Notes under the pieces: generated by a model
What the model was told of the DNA's origin: nothing
Databases searched by the model: none
The model's input: only the letters and a program-made list of their open reading frames with translations
Program-made: the position numbers and the translations under genes
IMG/VR virus record: IMGVR_UViG_3300008120_000428
Span: 1-28,985 of that record
DNA from: a virus
Lineage: Duplodnaviria > Caudoviricetes
Reading direction: 5' to 3' (one strand)
Length of the DNA: 28,985 nucleotides
In this document: piece by piece, positions 25,346-28,985 of the stretch
Layout of the letters: the number at the start of each line of letters is the position of its first letter
How positions within the stretch are numbered: position 1 is the stretch's first letter

Positions 25346-25764
25346 TCTAAAAAATCCCGATATTCAATTTTTACTTTAACCTTAATTTTAAGCGTTTTTT
25401 TGCCCTTTGTTTCCACAAATTTCTCTGTATTTGTTATCCTAGCTTTTCCCAAGTCAATCTCAAAAGTATCTATGGCTTTTTCCAAATCTTTTAAAATTTT
25501 GCTGGAAACCAACAGCAAAGCATCCTCGGCATTTTGTTGAATAGCGCAAATTTCTACAATTAACGTTTTTTCGTAAGGATAATTATTTTGGGAAATATCC
25601 TCAATAGTATCTCTGAAAACTAGCGCAGATTCTCCATACTCGAAGTCTGTGTCTTGCCAGTAAACAACATTATTGCCAATATTAGTTAAATGACCATTAG
25701 CAAAGGTAATAGCTTTTAAAGCATCTTGCAAATCTTCTAATATTTTTAATCTTTTGCTAATCAT
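25342..25764 (-). CDS. Tail terminator/completion protein
   Basis: Position; SKRLKILEDLQDALKAITFANGHLTNIG N-terminus; ATGA overlaps. Confidence 0.7.
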   Translation of the reverse strand: MISKRLKILEDLQDALKAITFANGHLTNIGNNVVYWQDTDFEYGESALVFRDTIEDISQNNYPYEKTLIVEICAIQQNAEDALLLVSSKILKDLEKAIDTFEIDLGKARITNTEKFVETKGKKTLKIKVKVKIEYRDFLE

Positions 25765-26036
25765 TCTTTTAAATCTAATTCAGTAAACTTACCATCATCA
25801 ATCGGACGAATCCCCACCACCTCATACATTTCATCAGCAATAATCAGCATCGACCCGTGATTTAAATTAGCAATATCTTCAGATTTTGCCGTAGCAATCA
25901 ATGACCGACCCTCTACCCCAATATCCATTCGTGAATGGAACTCATCAAACAAAACAAAAAAAGAGTTATTGCCGCCATTAACCACAGCAATAACCCCAAA
26001 ATCTTCCAGAAACGCGTCAAGATTTTCGTTAAACAT
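25761..26036 (-). CDS. Head-tail joining protein (gpFII-like); probable ATG at 26036
   Basis: MFNENLDAFLEDFG...YEVVGIRPIDDGKFTELDLKE; TGATG coupling. Confidence 0.75.
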   Translation of the reverse strand: MFNENLDAFLEDFGVIAVVNGGNNSFFVLFDEFHSRMDIGVEGRSLIATAKSEDIANLNHGSMLIIADEMYEVVGIRPIDDGKFTELDLKE

Positions 26037-26272
26037 CAGCCATGCCAAACTAAAGACGACGAGCTTTTTTCCTCTTCATCCTCAGCATCATCTTCGTCTT
26101 CCTCGTCTTCCTCAATAGGGACAACTTCGGCATCAACAACTTTAGGCACAACCACAATATTCGGTTCATGAAAAGCTCCGTATTCAGACGCTAATTCGAC
26201 TACATCTCCCTCAAAATAGCAAACATTTTCATGCTCGATTGTACGTTCGGGTTTAACTTTATACAGTGGCAT
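26036..26272 (-). CDS. Small capsid-associated protein with acidic C-terminal tail; probable ATG at 26272
   Basis: MPLYKVK...YFEGDVVEL; EEDEEDEDDAEDEEEK. Confidence 0.65.
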   Translation of the reverse strand: MPLYKVKPERTIEHENVCYFEGDVVELASEYGAFHEPNIVVVPKVVDAEVVPIEEDEEDEDDAEDEEEKSSSSLVWHG

Positions 26273-26435
26273 TTTTAGGCTCCTTAACTTTAGGTATTTC
26301 CTCAATCATGTGTTTAACCCCCTCGTACTGCTCAGGGGTTAACTCAATCTCATTTCCTCCTTCATAACATAATCTAGAGTTGCCTTGTAGCACCTCTGGA
26401 AAAAATCCGGCTCGAACTCGATATTTAGTAGTCAT
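26259..26435 (-). CDS. Small capsid-associated protein; probable ATG at 26435
   Basis: MTTKYRVR...YEGGNEIELTPEQ, similar in pattern to the next gene; directly follows the capsid gene. Confidence 0.65.
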   Translation of the reverse strand: MTTKYRVRAGFFPEVLQGNSRLCYEGGNEIELTPEQYEGVKHMIEEIPKVKEPKNATV

Positions 26436-26452
26436 AGTATTTAATGAAACCA

Positions 26453-28294
26453 TTAAAGAGAAGTAATCATGTCAGTAATTACAGCAAACGCTTCGGGATT
26501 CCCAATATTTACGTCCACTGATTGCATACACCGCACCTGTATGCTACCTGCTGCGAAAGCAGTATCCGCAAAGGGATTAGCAAGAACTTCAAACACTCCC
26601 CACTCTCCGATGATTAATTCAGGCCAATTTCCTAGAATTAAAGCACTTAAATTTGTCCCCGTGCCTTTTGTCAAATCAGCAGGAACCTGATTGGTCATAT
26701 AAAAAGGGAATCCGCACAGAATGTTCCCGGGTTCTTTTAAAAGAAAGTTACCTTCCGTTCCTCCAGTTTGGACAGGGGTGGTCATTAGTTTTGCTAAAAC
26801 GTGGGGATTGGTCAGCCAAGCGGTTCCCCCTAACATAGCATTTTCAATATGGATCTCTTTCATCAAACCAACAATGCTTGACCAACTTGGGTTGCCGCCG
26901 TTTGTCCCCAAAGAAATCGAACCAATTCCACTGGTATTAAGAATCCCTCTTGGTTGATTATTTAATCCAGTTCCCGAAAGAGCCGCTTTGTCGATCGCTA
27001 AAGCCATCCTCTTAGCAAAATTATTTCTGATTCGCATCTCAATATCAATCGAGGATTGCATCATCATACTGCGAGTAAACACAGATAATGCCCCCACCGT
27101 TTTCATCCGTAAAGGAATTTGTTTAAAAGTTCCTTCCGATTGTGTCAAGTTATTTCCCTCGCCTATCCAGTAAGCAGTTTCGGATGTTGCTTGTCCTGGG
27201 ATGTCCACATTTCCCACTAGCCCGGATAGCATAGTTGCACCCAACTGCATAACCATTGCTCGGTTTTCTAGCAGTTCAATAAAGTTTTGTTCCAATAAAT
27301 TTGTCTCGACGGTATATCCACCAGTGGCTGGACTTCCTACTGCATAAGTTGCACGTTTTTGTATCTTTTCAGGCCGAACGCGTAAATCTCTCATTGGCAT
27401 AAAAAAGCCATTAGTCGCTCGCCCAAGTTTTCTAGCAATTTCTCCTGAGCATTCAAGCTCAAACTTAGCTTTTTCAATCATGTCAGGGCTTTGAAAAGCC
27501 ACAGCATTAATTGCATTCACCAAACTATAAGATCGCTGGTCTTTGTCAGATAAGCCCAACGTAGTATCGATCGCCTGTGCCACTGGTCTTTGTTCTGGTC
27601 GCATCTTATCCAAAAAAGTTCGCCTAGCTGTATTTAAATCCGTGCCATCGCTTACCAAAGATCGGGCTAAATCGCGCATTCCAAAATTTTCGCCCATAGC
27701 CAAAATTTCCTTAGTTCGCTCTAATTCCTCATTACGCGCATCTAATACGCTTTTTTCCATTTTTTCCATAATCAAACCTCTTTTTTCCTCTATTTTACTA
27801 TCTGTTAAAGATCGTCCGATGCCCACCGTCGGATCTGCTGGTACACTTACCAAACTAATCTCGTAGGGAGTCCATCGTTTCCCTAGAAAACAATAACCAT
27901 CCTCTCCATCATCACGGCTCATTTCCTCGTATTCTTCCACAGAATACAAAAAAGAAGCATTAGTGATAATCCCGTCGCTGACATCTTGTCGATGCTCTTG
28001 AATACTTGACTTTTTACTCCATCTCGCTTGACAATAAGCTTTTTTATCCGTTACCCAGACCCGTTCAATTTTCCCTAAAACAATATCTCGATCATGATTC
28101 CAAAGCAAATTCATCCCGGCTAATCTTTCCAGATTAATCGCCCCTTCCTCATGGGATAAAATTTCTTTAAAATAATACATATCTACAGGATACTCGCTAG
28201 ACCAGCTAAAACTAAAAGTTTCGCCGTCTTCTTCCTGCCGCTCAAACTTTACATCTCTAAAATGTTTAATGCCAGTTTCTGGTTTATTTTGCAT
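26453..28294 (-). CDS. HK97-type prohead protease fused to major capsid protein; probable ATG at 28294
   Basis: Protease motifs LLWNHD, NASFLY, EISLVSVPAD. Capsid motifs GGYTV, AYWIGEG, AIDKAALSGTG.NNQPRGILN, GNWPELIIGEWG. AGGAGG RBS. Confidence 0.93.
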   Translation of the reverse strand: MQNKPETGIKHFRDVKFERQEEDGETFSFSWSSEYPVDMYYFKEILSHEEGAINLERLAGMNLLWNHDRDIVLGKIERVWVTDKKAYCQARWSKKSSIQEHRQDVSDGIITNASFLYSVEEYEEMSRDDGEDGYCFLGKRWTPYEISLVSVPADPTVGIGRSLTDSKIEEKRGLIMEKMEKSVLDARNEELERTKEILAMGENFGMRDLARSLVSDGTDLNTARRTFLDKMRPEQRPVAQAIDTTLGLSDKDQRSYSLVNAINAVAFQSPDMIEKAKFELECSGEIARKLGRATNGFFMPMRDLRVRPEKIQKRATYAVGSPATGGYTVETNLLEQNFIELLENRAMVMQLGATMLSGLVGNVDIPGQATSETAYWIGEGNNLTQSEGTFKQIPLRMKTVGALSVFTRSMMMQSSIDIEMRIRNNFAKRMALAIDKAALSGTGLNNQPRGILNTSGIGSISLGTNGGNPSWSSIVGLMKEIHIENAMLGGTAWLTNPHVLAKLMTTPVQTGGTEGNFLLKEPGNILCGFPFYMTNQVPADLTKGTGTNLSALILGNWPELIIGEWGVFEVLANPFADTAFAAGSIQVRCMQSVDVNIGNPEAFAVITDMITSL

Positions 28295-28313
28295 AAGCCC
28301 TCCTACTAATTTT

Positions 28314-28323
28314 ATTTTACACA
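28314..28323 (-). promoter_or_regulatory. Candidate extended -10 promoter (TGTGTAAAAT) for the capsid gene
   Basis: Sits just after a terminator and about 9 nt before the AGGAGG RBS. Confidence 0.4.
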
Positions 28324-28352
28324 AAAAAAAGAGGAAACCCTCTCAGGCTTCC
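28323..28352 (-). terminator. Intrinsic terminator between portal and protease-capsid genes
   Basis: GGAAGCCT-GAG-AGGGTTTCC-TC-T8 on the minus strand; a second GC hairpin at about 28421-28452. Confidence 0.6.
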
Positions 28353-28490
28353 ACCATGACCATTTCTTCCTCGTTGGCAGTGAAAAATTTATTTATTAAT
28401 AAGGTGATCTAGACTTTTTAAACCCCCCGCCAGAAAACGCAGGGGATTTTTTAATCGTTCTACTACTAAAATTAATATATCACAAAATTT

Positions 28491-28985
28491 CTAATCTGAG
28501 CGAAGTCGAAGATTTGACTTGTACTTTAAACTGCGAAACTGTTTCTCGGTCATTATCACTGGTTCCACAGACTGACTGCCAGTATCCACAAGATCAATTT
28601 GATAAGTTGCCAATAAATCCAATTCTCGCCGGCGCGTCTTGACAATATCCTCAAAATCTTTACCCGATTCCGCCGCAATTTCCGTTAAAGTTTTAAACCC
28701 GGCTTTAACCGCTTCAATATTGGCATTGACTTCTTTTAACGGGTCAACCCAAGGCCAACCGCGAGAGGTAAACTTAGGCTTGCAGTAATGGGCGCGATTT
28801 TGGAAGTAATCATCAATTTTTACCCGACCCGACAACACCGCCACATCAAGCCATTCTCGATAAAAAGGCAATAAAAAGCAATTAATAAACCAATTTTGTA
28901 AAACCTGATAACAGTCCCTTTCTTGCAGCAAAGCCGTTCGGGCGCTTGAATAAGAAGTGCTACTAAAATCACCAGTAAAAGCCTC
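28491..28985 (-). CDS. Lambda-family portal protein, C-terminal part (5' truncated)
   Basis: Frame is open to the window end: TGDFSSTSYSSARTALLQE...RGWPWVDPLKEVNA...GFKTLTEIAAESGKD. Confidence 0.92.
   Translation of the reverse strand, partial: EAFTGDFSSTSYSSARTALLQERDCYQVLQNWFINCFLLPFYREWLDVAVLSGRVKIDDYFQNRAHYCKPKFTSRGWPWVDPLKEVNANIEAVKAGFKTLTEIAAESGKDFEDIVKTRRRELDLLATYQIDLVDTGSQSVEPVIMTEKQFRSLKYKSNLRLRSD

Larger units (their letters stand above)
1..28985. mobile_element. Temperate siphophage genome segment, probably cyanobacterial host; the att region is in unrecombined attP configuration
   Basis: Integrase, portal, protease-capsid, tail tube, G/GT chaperones, tape measure and tail-tip genes are present, with no host housekeeping genes. 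HIP1 GCGATCGC occurs at 21, 11213, 12777, 12972, 20041 and 22396. Confidence 0.93.

Noticed and set aside
12100-27866. Numerous + strand ORFs (e.g. 15363-15794, 15843-16190, 20419-20808, 27543-27866)
   Set aside because: They are antisense shadows of long minus-strand genes, Ser-rich, with no recognisable motifs.

Overview
The whole window is part of a temperate siphovirus (long non-contractile tail), probably infecting a cyanobacterium: HIP1 GCGATCGC octamers recur and the integrase looks cyanobacterial. The left end (+ strand) holds the 3' part of a tyrosine integrase, then small accessory genes separated by a repeated quasi-palindromic motif. These include a duplicated integrase 3' end, a Rho-N-like protein, a putative R-S-E ADP-ribosyltransferase and an HTH/Zn-ribbon protein. 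The right end (- strand) holds a lambda-type portal (partial), a prohead protease-major capsid fusion, head-tail joining and terminator genes, the tail tube, G/GT chaperones with a -1 slippery site, and a giant tape-measure locus of about 3,900 codons split by one +1 frameshift. That locus carries alpha/beta-hydrolase, zincin, ART, permuted M23, L,D-transpeptidase-like and SLT domains. An attP-like site (3' half of tRNA-Ser(CGA) with arm-type repeats on both sides) fills the gap between the tape measure and the GTA-like tail-tip genes, about 11 kb from the integrase. The tail-tip module is rearranged: DUF2163, NlpC/P60, tandem DUF2460, a second tail-tube paralog fused to LamG, and a g15-like tip gene on the opposite strand. 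All family assignments come from motif recognition by eye; no searches were run.
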